From Phyllobates terribilis (lineage: Eukaryota): a DNA stretch of 64,000 nt. Each line of letters begins with the position of its first letter. Position 1 is the first letter of the stretch. The notes below the pieces were generated by a model. The model saw only the letters and a list, made by a program, of their open reading frames with translations, did not search any database and was not told where the DNA came from. Below, one piece after another: positions 48,943 to 60,923 of this stretch. Where the stretch lies: contig NW_027362916.1 in the NCBI RefSeq assembly GCF_046119375.1, positions 186,001 to 250,000 on the forward strand, in the 5' to 3' direction. Position numbers and translations under genes: made by a program.

Positions 48943-49146
48943 ACATCCACACTGTAAACCCCTCCTGACCCCACACATAAACTTCAGCTCATCCAACACC
49001 ATGACAACCAGCACAGCAGAGTCCTGCATCCACTGAGGCCCCTGATCATGTGACCCCTGACTCCTCCCCTCCTGTGACCTCATCACAGCTCCTGTGCGCA
49101 CAGAGCAGCCATATATGTGGTGGCGGCTCTGGAGGTGGAGGTATGT
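48943..49146 (+). promoter_or_regulatory. Putative first exon / promoter of ZNF copy 3
   Basis: Conserved block ending GTGGAG|GTATGT (donor 49141-49146). Confidence 0.55.
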
Positions 49147-49339
49147 GGAGACCCCATTACTGGGCGCAGGGGGCATTAACCCCTTCAGCACGGAGACTCT
49201 TTTGGGGTCTTGTGTTGCCCCTTTATAAGAATCATTGGTTTTTGTTCTGATTCCTGTAATAGATACATACGACCCAACTATGGAGACAGGAAGGGAGGAA
49301 ACGTATTGTTCTCATAGTACAGGGCCCCTTTACTGCCCC

Positions 49340-49730
49340 ACAGTGTAATGCCCCCATTATGCCCCTTATGCAGGATGTATGATGCCCACACACAGTGTAA
49401 TGCCCCCACACAGTGTATTGCCCCCATTATGCCCCTTATGCAGGATGTATGATGCCCCCACTCAGTGTATTGCCCCCATTATGCCCCTTATGCAGGATGT
49501 ATGATGCCCCCACACAGTGTAATGCCCCCATTATGCCCCTTATGCAGGATGTATGATGCCCCCACACAGTGTAATGCCCCCATTATGCCCCTTATGCAGG
49601 ATGTATGATGCCCCCACACAGTGTAATGCCCCCATTATGCCCCTTATGCAGGATGTATGATGCCCCCACACAGTGTAATGCCCCCATTATGCCCCTTATG
49701 CAGGATGTATGATGACCCCCACACAGTTTA
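49340..49730. repeat. About 52-bp minisatellite (reverse complement of the 22270 family)
   Basis: CACACAGTGTAATGCCCCCATTATGCCCCTTATGCAGGATGTATGATGCCCC, about 7 copies. Confidence 0.92.
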
Positions 49731-50002
49731 ATGTTACGGGACGTACTAAAAAGAATGAAGATAAGGAATAAATGAAAAGAATGAACATAAAAACTTACAG
49801 GTCCAAACATATGGAGAGATATTATGGATTTCTTGTGTATTTTGCACATGGGATGAACATGAAATATATATTCCATGTAAACAGGTGTATATTATATTCC
49901 TACCGTACCACCATCCCCCACACACAGTATAATGTTCCCATGATGCCCCCACACTGTGTAATGTTCCCCCAGTATCGCCTGAGGTTTTACAGTTGGATTC
50001 TG

Positions 50003-50853
50003 GGTATGTGCACACGATGCAGAAATGAAGCAGAAAATTTCTGCATCATTTCTGCATCTCCCTGGCAGAAAAAACGCATGCAGATTGTGCATGCGTTTTT
50101 CCTGCGGAATACATGCGGATTCGCATGCTTTTCCACATGCATTTCCGCATGCAGATTGACAAGCGCTTTCCAGGCGATTTTAGCATCACCTGGAAAGTGC
50201 TTGACAACTAGGTCACACTATATAAATCCATGCAAACAGCATGGATTTATATAGTGTGACCCGAGAGAGTGTATATACTTACCTCTGATGGCCCGCGCTG
50301 TCCTGCTCACTCCGTTCTCCCTCGCCGGCAACTTTGAATTGAAAGACCTGCCGACGTCAGCGTCACGTGACCCGTCACATGACTCTGACGTCAGCGCAGG
50401 TCCTACAACTCACTGCAAGTGCCGGGAAGCAAGCAGGAGAAGTGCGCGGGCCGACAGATGGTAAGTATATATTTATTTTTTATTTTATTCTTGTTTTACA
50501 GCTTTTTTAATGGTACCTGGGTGAGGAGGAGACTCTCCTCTCCTCCACACCCGGGTACCATCCGCACATTAGAACGCGCCAATAACGCAAGTACAAATGC
50601 AGTCTTGCGGAATTGGCGCGTTCTAATGCAAGTCAATGGCGGCGAAAACGCTGCATTTCCGCAAAATTAATTGACATGCTGCGGATTTTTGAGCGCAGCG
50701 TTTACGCTGCGGAAAAATCCGCATCATGGGCACAGCACATGCGGATTTCAATTGGGGAACATTGCTGCCCTTCTACCATGCGTTTTTAATGCGTTTCCGC
50801 AACTGCAAAAACGCCACGGAAACGCATTAAATACGCATCGTGTGAACTCAGCC
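50003..50853. mobile_element. Harbinger-like MITE with hairpin-rich core
   Basis: TIR GGTATGTGCACACGATGC / GCATCGTGTGAACTCAGCC, 23-bp perfect stem 50211-50261, CRE TGACGTCA 50386-50393, GTCACGTGAC 50362-50371. Confidence 0.7.
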
Positions 50854-51059
50854 TAATCCCTCTGGGATTGGTTTTCCCTCTGCCTCCTCCCCTACATGTA
50901 TACATGCATGTAGGGGAGCAGGCCGTACTAGATATCGATATCAAAAGAATCTAGTCGGCACTCTGTACAGCTGGGGTGGTGCACGTGGAAAACAGGGTTT
51001 CTAGGAAAAGCAAATCCCGGCACTCACGTTTTGATGATTAATTTGTTTATTCCACAAGT

Positions 51060-51100
51060 CACAAGACGTTTCAGCCTGTCCAAGGCTTTTTTCAATTGTG
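51060..51100 (-). ncRNA. Candidate minimal hammerhead ribozyme, U3-A8 core variant, in an AT-rich Penelope-like relic
   Basis: Minus strand reads CACAA-UUGAAAA-A-AGCCU(UGGAC)AGGCU-GAAA-CG-UC/UUGUG: 5-bp stem I, 5-bp stem II, palindromic ACGU stem III, GUC triplet. One extra A before stem II. Confidence 0.5.
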
Positions 51101-52503
51101 GTTAAATGCATTCAGTCAAAATATATATAGACAAATCCACGGAAATGACACAATTCTTATTAACATAAAAAAGAAGACCAACAGACAATATTTATAACAA
51201 AACTAAACAAAAAATTAATGATAATAATAAACATAAATTACAAAACATCACCCACAAGTAAATTTATATACCTAAATAATCTCTAAACCAATATAAATAC
51301 ATTAGTCTCAAAATATGAATTCCATTTAATTATTCCCACCTATACATATAATATATTTTAATACTTTCTCAAATATATATTTTTTTCAATATTCTTATAT
51401 TGTTTTTATTAAATGTATTTAATATTTTATCATTTTTAAATTATTAATGTTTTAAGAATTTTTTTGTTTTTTAATTACTGCTCATTATATATACAGCTAA
51501 TTCCTTATAAACAACCTGCATCAAATAATTGAATCTACCTTTTCCTCTCCATAATATTAAAATCCACCAGAGTCGTTTCAAGTCACTATCTAATGTCCTG
51601 TAAATAAATCAGTATATTGCCGTGTTTGCGGTGATTTCTATAATAGTAGCTGGATGTGAAAACATACCTCTCTGAATGGGATAGGCTGAATTTGAATAAT
51701 GAGATAAGTAGAAATAAAGGAACATTATGGTAAACCATTCTTACCTTGTGAATTTGGACTTGTGGGAATGGGGCCCATAATTCTGTATGGAGATGGTCAT
51801 TGTATTACAGCGTATTTGGGTACTCTGTATATGCTGTAATGTCACAGGTGATCACTGTATTACCTGTACACTATATACAGGGCTCCTGTGTGTAATGTCA
51901 CTGATGATCCCTGTATTACCTGTACACTGACACTATATACAGAGCTACTGTGTATAATGTCACTAGTGTTATTAGCATTTTGTTTTTTATTAATGATCAG
52001 TATTGTATTATTCGGTCACTGTGTGGTGGTAATATATGATCTCGTCATGATCTGACAGTATTATACAGTCTCTATGTGGTCTGGTAATGGTGTGATGGTA
52101 TTATTCAGTCACTATGTGGAGGTAATATATGGTCTTGTCATGGTGTGACTGTATTAATCGCCTGTATGTGGTATTCGATCACTATGTGGTCTGGTCATAG
52201 TGTGACTGTATTTGTTCCTTGTATGTGGTATTATTCGGTCACAATGTGGTGTTAATATGTAGTCTGGTCACGGTGTGGCAGTATTTCTCCCTTGTATGTG
52301 GCATTATTGGTCTTGGTATAGTGGATTGTATTGTGTATGGCGGCCCTTTGTTCTCTCTGACATCAATAAGGGTAAGACTCTTGATTTCCAAAAGAGATTA
52401 AATACTTGGATGTTTAACCCCTCCCTGTCTTGTGACTATTACACAGTAGCTAATATGCACTTACAGGTGTTATATGGTGAAAACAAGTAATCGCCTATCC
52501 TAA

Positions 52504-52697
52504 GGCCCCATTCACACATTCATTATTTGGTCAGTATTTTACATCCGTATTTGTAAGCTAAAACTAGGAGTGGGTGATAAATGCAGACATGGTGAGGTGT
52601 TTCTATTATAATTTTCCTCTGATTGTTCCACTCCTGGTTTTGGGTTTCAAATACTGATGTAAAATACAGACCAAATACTGAACGTGTGAACAAGGCC
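52504..52697. mobile_element. Short MITE (same family as 21980-22172)
   Basis: TIR GGCCCCATTCACAC / GTGTGAACAAGGCC. Confidence 0.7.
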
Positions 52698-53179
52698 AAA
52701 GGATAAGTTATTGATTGGTGTGGGTCTGACTGCTGGGACCTGCACCGATCTTCAGAATGTGGAGCTTTTATCCCCATTCGTATGGAGCAGCATGTGCGAC
52801 TCGACTACTGATCCATTCATTATTTAAGGGGCTGCACTTGGCTTTTTCTGGAAGACCCCAAAGAGGATGAATGGAGCTACGGTCAGACATCCCACCTGCT
52901 GCTGCATTTTAAAATGGGGATAAAAATTCCCAATTCTTCCGATCGGTGCGGTTTGCAATGCTCGGATTCCACCGATCAATAAGATATCACCTATCTAACC
53001 TGTGGATCGGTGATGATTTGTTTTAATCAAAGAACCCTTTAAAGAACCGTAATTTCATGTACATCCCAGTTATAGTATGTGCACAGTAGATGTGCAGGAG
53101 CCGCCTGTGCTTTACAGTCAACGCTCCACTATAACAGGAATAGTGGCTAACAGGTATTTACATATAGCTGTAGGGTGGG

Positions 53180-53810
53180 CCCCTAGAGTCAACTTTCCCT
53201 GTGGACCCCAGACACCCCAGTCTGACCCTGCCTGTATGCCTCATATTAGAGGTCTGTTTGCTGTGAAATTACTTTTTATTCATTGAAGATTCCGATGCTT
53301 GCTGGCCGGGGGAAGGGAAGAAATCCCCGCCTACTGTGTTGATTAAAATATTTCCCCCCTCCCCTGCACGTCACAGTGCCCTGTGACATGCAGTCGCCAT
53401 TTCCAGATCCCGCGCCTACACACTTTTTACGGTAGTGAAGCGCTTGTACTGTGTACTGTGCAGCCATAGTACTGCAGGGATTTTCTGCCCAGGCGTCGGG
53501 AAGTCAAAGTGACTCACTGGCACCTGCACACAAGATCCCTGCAGTACTATGACTGCATAATACACAGTACAACTGCGCCTTCCATAAAAAGTGAAGTGCG
53601 CGGGACCTGGACATGGTAACTTCACGTCACAGGGCACTTCTTCCCGTCCACCGGCCCGCAAGCATCGGAATCTTCACTGAATAAAAAGCCATTTCACAGC
53701 AAACAGACCTCTAATATGAGGCATACAGGTAAGTATAGATTCACATTTCTATCACCTGTATCCCCATATTAGAGGTCAGATAAGTCCCAGCGGGTGACAG
53801 ATTCCCTTTC
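53180..53810. mobile_element. Palindromic T2/Kolobok-like MITE
   Basis: About 53235-53320 is the reverse complement of about 53640-53730. Right end GGTGACAGATTCCCTTT; left end decayed. Confidence 0.6.
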
Positions 53811-54776
53811 ATCAGCCGTGGGGTAGTCGGTGGAGTGGATTCCCATTAATAAATACTCACTTGGCCCCATTCCTAGTGCAGATACTAATGAATTCAGGAC
53901 CTATGAGATTTGTACCTCATAATAGTTGGATAGTTAGGGGTGTATCATCCATAGCAGCAGCCCACAGGGCCACTATGGTGCCCATGAAAAAACACTGAAT
54001 TTGAACTTGGTTTAAGTTGGTATCCATGCAGCACAAAAATGCATGTTTACTATGGCCATAAATCAGGAAAAAACTATAAAGAAAAATGATCATAAACCCT
54101 GCTGTAAATAAATAAATAAAAAGGAAAAGTGCATTTAAATAAAATGGGGTTCTTAGCAACACTGTTTTTGATCAAAAATAGCATGAAAGCTATCCCACCA
54201 TGGCAAGATGAACCCATTCGGAATAGTCCTACTCTGTATAATAATAAAAACCTTACCATGTATCAAAGCCTCAAACTTCTGTGTGTTAATCAGACATGAG
54301 ATCTAACGTGATAGAAGATTACAGTCCGGGGAAGACGGGAAACATTCATATAGACGACCGGTGAAGATGAATGTCATACTCATCATGAAGTAGTTATTTC
54401 TCATGTTACTTGTAATGAATATCTCCTGCAGTATTGCTAATGCCGATTCCAGTGTCGGTAAATGAGACGAGAATTAGCTTTATGGAAGATGAGTCTTTGA
54501 GAAACGTATTCAGCTGCAGACTCCAAGGAAGGAACTGCTTGTTGTCTGTGGCCTAAAATATATAGGTTTTATTAGTAGTTGTAAAGAAGAAAAATAAATA
54601 CTGTAAAATAATAACTCTCCTCATATGTTTCCCTTATTATCTCCAGTTATTGTATTATTACACAGGATTTTTATAATGTTACATAGGCTCATCATCTTCT
54701 CATTCAGGTCCCTACAATATCAGATCCTCTCAGTGAAGATCTATTAAAGATAATTTTCCTTATGGACCCATCAAAG

Positions 54777-56513
54777 ATGGATTTGGACAGAGACAAGATG
54801 ACAGAGAGGATATTACACCTCACCCTAGAGATCCTCTTCCGGCTTACTGGAGAGTTGAGAGATTCTGATGACATCACATTACATCATTCTTATCTATGGG
54901 AATAACAGATGGACAGAACTGGAGAGGTGAGGACTCTGGAAATGTCTGGAGTGAGATTTATTAATGTGTCTCTCCATAACCAGGATTACACAGTAGTGAA
55001 GAAGACCTCTAGTGAGTGCTGTCAGGCCCCTGTGACTGAGGGATGGGAAAGACCCCTGAGCCTATTCACAAGGCCTCCATCTCACCCCTTGATACATGAG
55101 GACATCAATGACCAGAAGATCCTAGAACTCACCTACAAGATGATTGAGCTGTTGACTGGAGAGGTGAGAGATTCTGATGATGTCACATTACATCATTCTT
55201 ATCTATGGGAATAACAGATGGACAATACTGGGATATTATACAGTAAAGGCCCCGTCACACTTAGTGACGCTGCAACGATCCCGACAACGATACGACCTGT
55301 CAGGGATCCTTGCGGCGTCGCTATGAGGTCGCTGGTGAGCTGTCAAGCAGGCAGGCTCGCCAACGATCAGGGGAGCAGCGACATCGTGGAAAGAATCTTT
55401 CCACGATGTCCAGCTCCTGGTTACCAGCCTGCTGAAGCAGGAGCAGGCTGGTAACCATGGTAAACATCGGGTTACTAGGGGCACACGCGCACCTAGTAAC
55501 CCGCTGTTTATCATGGTTACCACTCTGCTACGGTGAGCGCGAGGTTACCGCTCACTTTAGCAGGCTCGTAACCATGATAAACAGCGGGTTACTAGGTGCT
55601 CGTGTGCCCCTAGTAACCTGATGTTTATCATGGTTACCAGCCTGATCGCTGCTCCCGCTGGTCACACACGGCGATGTGTGATGACCAGCGGGAGGGCAAA
55701 GACCAAAAAATGGTCCAGGACATTCTGCAGCGATCAGCGACCTTACAGCAGGGGCCTGATCGCTGCAAAGTGTCACACATAGCGACACCGCTGGTGAGGT
55801 CGCTGTTGCGTCACCAAAAACGTGACACAGCAGCGATCTCGCTAGCGATCTCGCTATGTGAGACGGGGGCTTTACACAATGAAAGCATCTGGGGGATGAC
55901 TGTATCATTGTATGTGTCAGGTTCCTATAAGATGTCAGGATGTCGCTGTCTATTTGTCCATGGAGGAGTGGGAGTATTTAGAAGAACACAAAGATTTGTA
56001 TAAAGACGTCATGATGGAGGTTCCCCAGCCCATCACATCACCAGGTAATAGACAGGACTAAATACACATGGCCCATAATTATCTGTATGTAAAGAAGGAA
56101 TTCAGTCCCTGTATGTGTTTCCTCCAGATCTATCCAGTAAGAGGACAACACCAGAGAGATGTCCCCGTCCTCTTCTTCCAGAGGACTGTAAACAAGAAGA
56201 TCCCAATGTTCCTCAGAATCATCAGGTAGATGGAGAGAAGGTGTCATGAGATCTCCCCTATGATGTGTAGACGGCTGTGAAGGTCTTGTGCTCAGTCTTG
56301 TTTTATCCACCAGTATTATATGTTTTATACTTGTGTAATGAGGACGGTGGAGATGGCAGGATTAGAGCTGATCATAGATGTGACTTCTCATCTATTTGTG
56401 ACTTTTACAATATTTGTTTCAGGGTGAAGATCTGACCCATATTAATACTACAGAGACATATGTGAGGGGTGATGAGCGGTGTAAAGAGGAGATTCCTACA
56501 TATGACTACCCAG
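54777..56513 (+). CDS. FAX/KRAB-like zinc-finger gene copy 3, N-terminal exons (finger exon outside window); exon A donor mutated
   Basis: Exons 54777-54854, 54984-55163, 55921-56044, 56128-56225 and 56423-56513 have the same sizes as in copies 1 and 2, with no stops. The donor after 54854 is TT instead of GT. The last intron is homologous to copies 1 and 2 up to 59075. Confidence 0.8.
55247..55871. mobile_element. Palindromic MITE in intron B of copy 3
   Basis: TIR AGGCCCCGTCACAC..AG / CT..GTGAGACGGGGGCT with TAA/TTA flanks. The whole element folds about a centre near 55545 and is absent from copies 1 and 2. Confidence 0.85.
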
Positions 56514-59075
56514 GTGAGTAGTAACCACTAAATACAGAGAAGTCACAGATTCTTCTCAGTCACCGGCTGTGGCTGCTTTATCAGTGGTGTAGTCCGGCCA
56601 TATCACAATCGTGTGATCACCATTTTGCTTCTAGACCACAACATTCTCTTCTACCTAAAACTGTTCAAATGATTTTGGGCATTGAAAGCCCTTTTCCATA
56701 GAACTTACAACCTGGAGGCTCCACCTGCCCCCTGGGATAACGAGACAATGTCCGTTACCTGCCCAAATATGTAAACCACGAAGCCAAATGACAGCGTACG
56801 TAGAATGTGCTGACAAGTTAGAAAATCACTTTAAGAAAAATATTATGATGGGCCTGTAAGAAAAAGCGGAGGGTAATGATGTTGTTGGCTTCCTAGATCC
56901 CTGATATCTTATTGGTTGAATCTACCTTCTCTCCCTTCTGTGCTGCTGAATGTTCTCATATGGTCCCTACAAGACCAGGTCCAGTCTTTCTGGCAAAACT
57001 TCACTTTTATGATCGACAACATTAAATGTGCAGTGAGGCCAAGTGTGAATTTCTGTACAATAACAGCAGAGTTTCCCTTTTTCCTGACTGTTCAATTTCT
57101 TTTAAAACCAACTAACTTCAAACAGAATTGTGATAAACTACATAAAAAACATTACTCCTGTGCCATGATATATCTCTAAGCTAAATTTTAAGACACCTCA
57201 GCTCTGCACTATTATAAAAAGTTCTCTTTGAATGTCTAATTTTTCTTCTTGAAACTCATCTGACAGAAAATATTGTCCCTTACGATAGTTTAGATTCCCA
57301 AGAGCCACCGAGCTCCATACTTTTAATTACCCCAGAGAGGTTTCAGCACTAGTTACTATTTACTGATGAAGACTGTTGAGTTTGATCATTTCAGTAGATG
57401 TGTTATTGTCTATAGTCACAGTTTTGACTACAGTAGTTAGTGCCCAAAATACTCTGATTTAACCCCTTCCTACAGCCAGTTTTGTGTTGCTAATCAGGCC
57501 CCATTTTTCAAATCTGACGTGTGTCACTTTATGTGGTGATAACTTTGGAATTTTTCACAAAGGATAATAGGAAACAAATGGACCTTACAAATTATTTTCC
57601 AACTTCTCTTGAATCCGACAATCCCCTATATACTGTTGTACACTACTGTCTGGGCACATGGCAGGTTCAGAAGGGAAGGAGCGACATTTAGCTATTTGAA
57701 TACAGATCTTGCTGGAATAGTTTGCAGACGCAATGTATTGGGGGCACTGTTCATAGTCACCTGGGAGCTCAAAAGATGGCCGCCGTGAACAGGCTTGCAC
57801 CATCTACTCCGTTTTCCAGATCCCAGGGATTGCCTTGCTCATCACCCTTTAACCAATCCTTACCATGGATTTGGACTTACACAGAGATCTCCAGCTTGGG
57901 CCATGGTGTTATCTGCTGTTCTGTGGTGTGACATGGCAAGAAGAATAGTCAGGTATACGGGTCAGAGCCAAGAGGACAGAGAAAATACAAAATCAGAAGA
58001 CACAAGAGTAATCCTTAAATGGGTCAGAGTCACAACAGGAAACAAATACAGAAGCCGGGAGCTGAGCACAGAGGGCTGAACCAGAGGAGAACAAGGCTGG
58101 ATCTCGCAGCTTCCAGCTTTAGTAGGGTGTGGAGCTTTCCAATTAGCTGAAGCAGGGAGCAGAATACTCCAGCTGGACAGCACACACACCCATACTACCA
58201 GACTGGATGGTACTACTGGTCCCAGCAACCCAAATCTTAGTGGCTAGACAGAGCCTGCGTCACCCAGTAGCTTCTGGTTCTGACGTCTCCTCCATCACCA
58301 GCGCTGCCTGCAGGATGAATAAGGCGGCTCCTGGTGACTGAAGCAGATTTCGCAGGAGCAGATCCCAGAGGAGATGGGATACGCAATTTGCAGAAGCCCT
58401 AATGTGACAAAATGGAAGAAAACCAGAGCAGTATTATCCCCCATAAAGTGACTATATTTTGGAGATTATAGCCCTCAATGAATAGTAGTGACAATTTTGA
58501 CTCCACAGCCTCTTTCCAGAAATTAGCACACTGGATGTTGAAGAGGGAAAATTGCACATTGGCCATTTTATTACCCAACACTTAGTGCCCAGATTGTGCT
58601 CCAGGAGACACACAACATAAATTAAGTGGGTTCTTCTCCCTATAGTAATGCCAAATACATGGAGGCTAAATGTGGTTTGGGTGCGCTGCAAGGCTCTGAA
58701 GCAAGGGTGAGATCTGACTTTGGAAGAGTGGATATTGCTGGATTGGTTTATGGAAGCCATGTTGCTTTTCAAAAGCCTTTAAGCCACTAATAATGTGGAA
58801 ACCTCTGTTTTTCCACTGACAGATGATGGACCTGAGTGGGGGCTTTTTTTGTGAGCTGAATAGAAGTTTTTATTGGTGTTATTTTCGTTTACATAACATT
58901 GTTTGGTGGCTTTTTATTCCATAATTTGGAGGCAGAATGAACAAACAGTTGAACACCACACTTCACTGGTTCATCCTTTGAGGTTTTCCATTAGACTGTA
59001 AACTATCATTGTCTTGGTGAATAATTCAATATTTTTACATAACTTGCCATTTTTATGGAAAGTTTAAGTAGAAAT

Positions 59076-59925
59076 TGTAGCGCCGGCGTCCCTGCCCTCT
59101 GCTAGGCAGGGACGCTGTTCCCCTCACCCCTCTGCTCCGAGCCCGGCGTCCTCCTCCCGCTCTGCTGGCAGCGCGCGCTCCTTCCCGGCCACTGTGCTTA
59201 GGGCGCGCGCGCTCCCTCCCTCTTAAAGGGGCCGCGCACGCCGTCCTAAGGAGTCCCCGGCCAATGGCCGGAGGACTTCACCATATATAAGGCACCTCCT
59301 CCAAAATGGAGGTGCCCGAGCAATGTTGTTGCACTGTTCAATACTCTGCTTCAGCCCTCAGGTCCCGTTGCCAGTTACCTGCCAGATTCCTGCCAGTTTG
59401 CTGTCTTATTCCTGCCTGATATTCTGCTACCTGCCTGCTAGCCTGAGGTCCGACGGTCTGCCTTCCAACTCCTGTCAGTCTGTCTATGGACCAGCTTGCC
59501 CGCTCACCTGGGAGCGCACATCTGCTACCTGCCTGCTAGCCTACCTGGAGGCTCCGCCGTCACGTGCTGTGACCACCCGCCTGTCCAGAGACTCCTGCCC
59601 GCTCACCTGGGAGTGCTCATCTGCTGCCTGTCTGTTGGTCTTCCTGGAGGCTCCGCCGTCACATGCTGTGACCACCCGCTTATCCAGAGACTCTCGCCTG
59701 CTCACCTGGGAGCTCACGTCTACCATCAGCCGTCACAGGTCGTACCAACCCTTTACCCAGAGACTGCCCCGGTCACTTGCCGTGACCTCCTGCCCGTTCA
59801 CCCAGAGACTGTCCCGGTCACCTGCTGTGACTGCCTGACCGTCTTCCCTGGTCGCCACCCGCTCCCTTACAAGGACCGCCCCCTTGTATAGTAGCTCAGA
59901 GGTTCCGCCTCCCAGACCCGTTACA
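59076..59925 (+). repeat. 5' LTR (850 bp)
   Basis: TG...CA ends, TATATAA at 59284-59290, GC-rich U3, and tandem repeats of about 90 bp at 59480-59830. Confidence 0.9.
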
Positions 59926-59938
59926 GTTTGCTCGGGCC

Positions 59939-60889
59939 ATGGAACCCGGTGGCACCCAAGCTCCCTCGCTCTCGGACCTATGTCATGAACTGTCCCGTCA
60001 GAGGTCCCAACAGGAGTCCATCCTGGGTCACCTGCGGAATGTCAATTCTCGCCTGGACACTCTGACTGCTCCACCAGCAACCACCGCCAGTGTCATGACT
60101 CGCAACCCGGCAGCCACGCTGCCCACCAATACCGGGGTATCCTACTCCGGACCCCGGCTTTTTGCACCTCCTCGCTTCGGAGGCGACTCCGCTCAGGCTC
60201 GGGGCTTCATAAACCAGTGCACCCTGCACTTTGAACTCCTGTCCCACCAGTTTAACTCCGACCGGGCCAAAGTAGCCTTCATCATGTCCCATCTCACAGG
60301 GGAGGCTCTGGCCTGGCTAAATCCTCTATGGGAGAGAGGAGACCCCCTGGTGTCCGACTTGCCTGCCTTTCTCACGGCTTTCCGGAAAGTCTTCGATGAA
60401 CCCGGACGGAAGACCTCATCTGCATCGTCTCTGCTACGTCTCCGTCAGGGAAGTCTCACCGTGGGCCAATATGCCATACAGTTCCGTACCCTTGCCTCGG
60501 AGCTGGCCTGGGATAACGACGCTCTGGTATCTGTCTTCTGGGAGGGTCTGTCCGACCGTATTAAAGATGAACTTGCCGGTCGAGACATTACGACTACTCT
60601 CGATGACTTAATAACTCTTGCCACCCGGATTGACCTACGGTTCCAGGAGCATGCCAAAGAGGTCACCCGTGAGAGGAGGTTTCTACGTCTAGCTCCTACC
60701 TTTCAGAAACCCGTCACTCCCTCCGTTTCTCCCCAGGTACACTCTCCTGAGCCTATGCAGGTCGACCAGACCAAGATGGTCAAAACCCGTCAGGACTTAT
60801 GCCGTGCCGAGGGGAGCTGCTTCTACTGTGGCAGTAAGGAGCACCGGATCCGTACCTGCCCGGAGAGGTCGGGAAACGCCTGTGTCTAG
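59939..60889 (+). CDS. gag: Gag (PEG10/RTL-like capsid plus CCHC knuckle), 316 aa
   Basis: PPRFGGDS..RGFINQC..F, AKVAFIMSHLTGEALAW, LRQGSLTVGQYAIQF, CFYCGSKEHRIRTC. Confidence 0.95.
   Translation: MEPGGTQAPSLSDLCHELSRQRSQQESILGHLRNVNSRLDTLTAPPATTASVMTRNPAATLPTNTGVSYSGPRLFAPPRFGGDSAQARGFINQCTLHFELLSHQFNSDRAKVAFIMSHLTGEALAWLNPLWERGDPLVSDLPAFLTAFRKVFDEPGRKTSSASSLLRLRQGSLTVGQYAIQFRTLASELAWDNDALVSVFWEGLSDRIKDELAGRDITTTLDDLITLATRIDLRFQEHAKEVTRERRFLRLAPTFQKPVTPSVSPQVHSPEPMQVDQTKMVKTRQDLCRAEGSCFYCGSKEHRIRTCPERSGNACV
60871..60877 (+). promoter_or_regulatory. -1 ribosomal frameshift slippery heptamer G-GGA-AAC
   Basis: X-XXY-YYZ heptamer in the correct gag phase (TCG GGA AAC), four codons before the gag stop. 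Same heptamer as PEG10. Confidence 0.8.
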
Positions 60890-60923
60890 GTTCGCTCAGA
60901 GAGGTCGACCTAGACAAGAATAA

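Noticed and set aside
47163-49191. Six overlapping ORFs of 232-603 aa on both strands
   Set aside because: Same VNTR artefact. Only the last 70 or so residues of 47163-48974 are meaningful (old RT relic).
59323-59891. ORFs of 171 and 131 aa within the LTR
   Set aside because: They arise from GC-rich internal LTR repeats and show no domain similarity.
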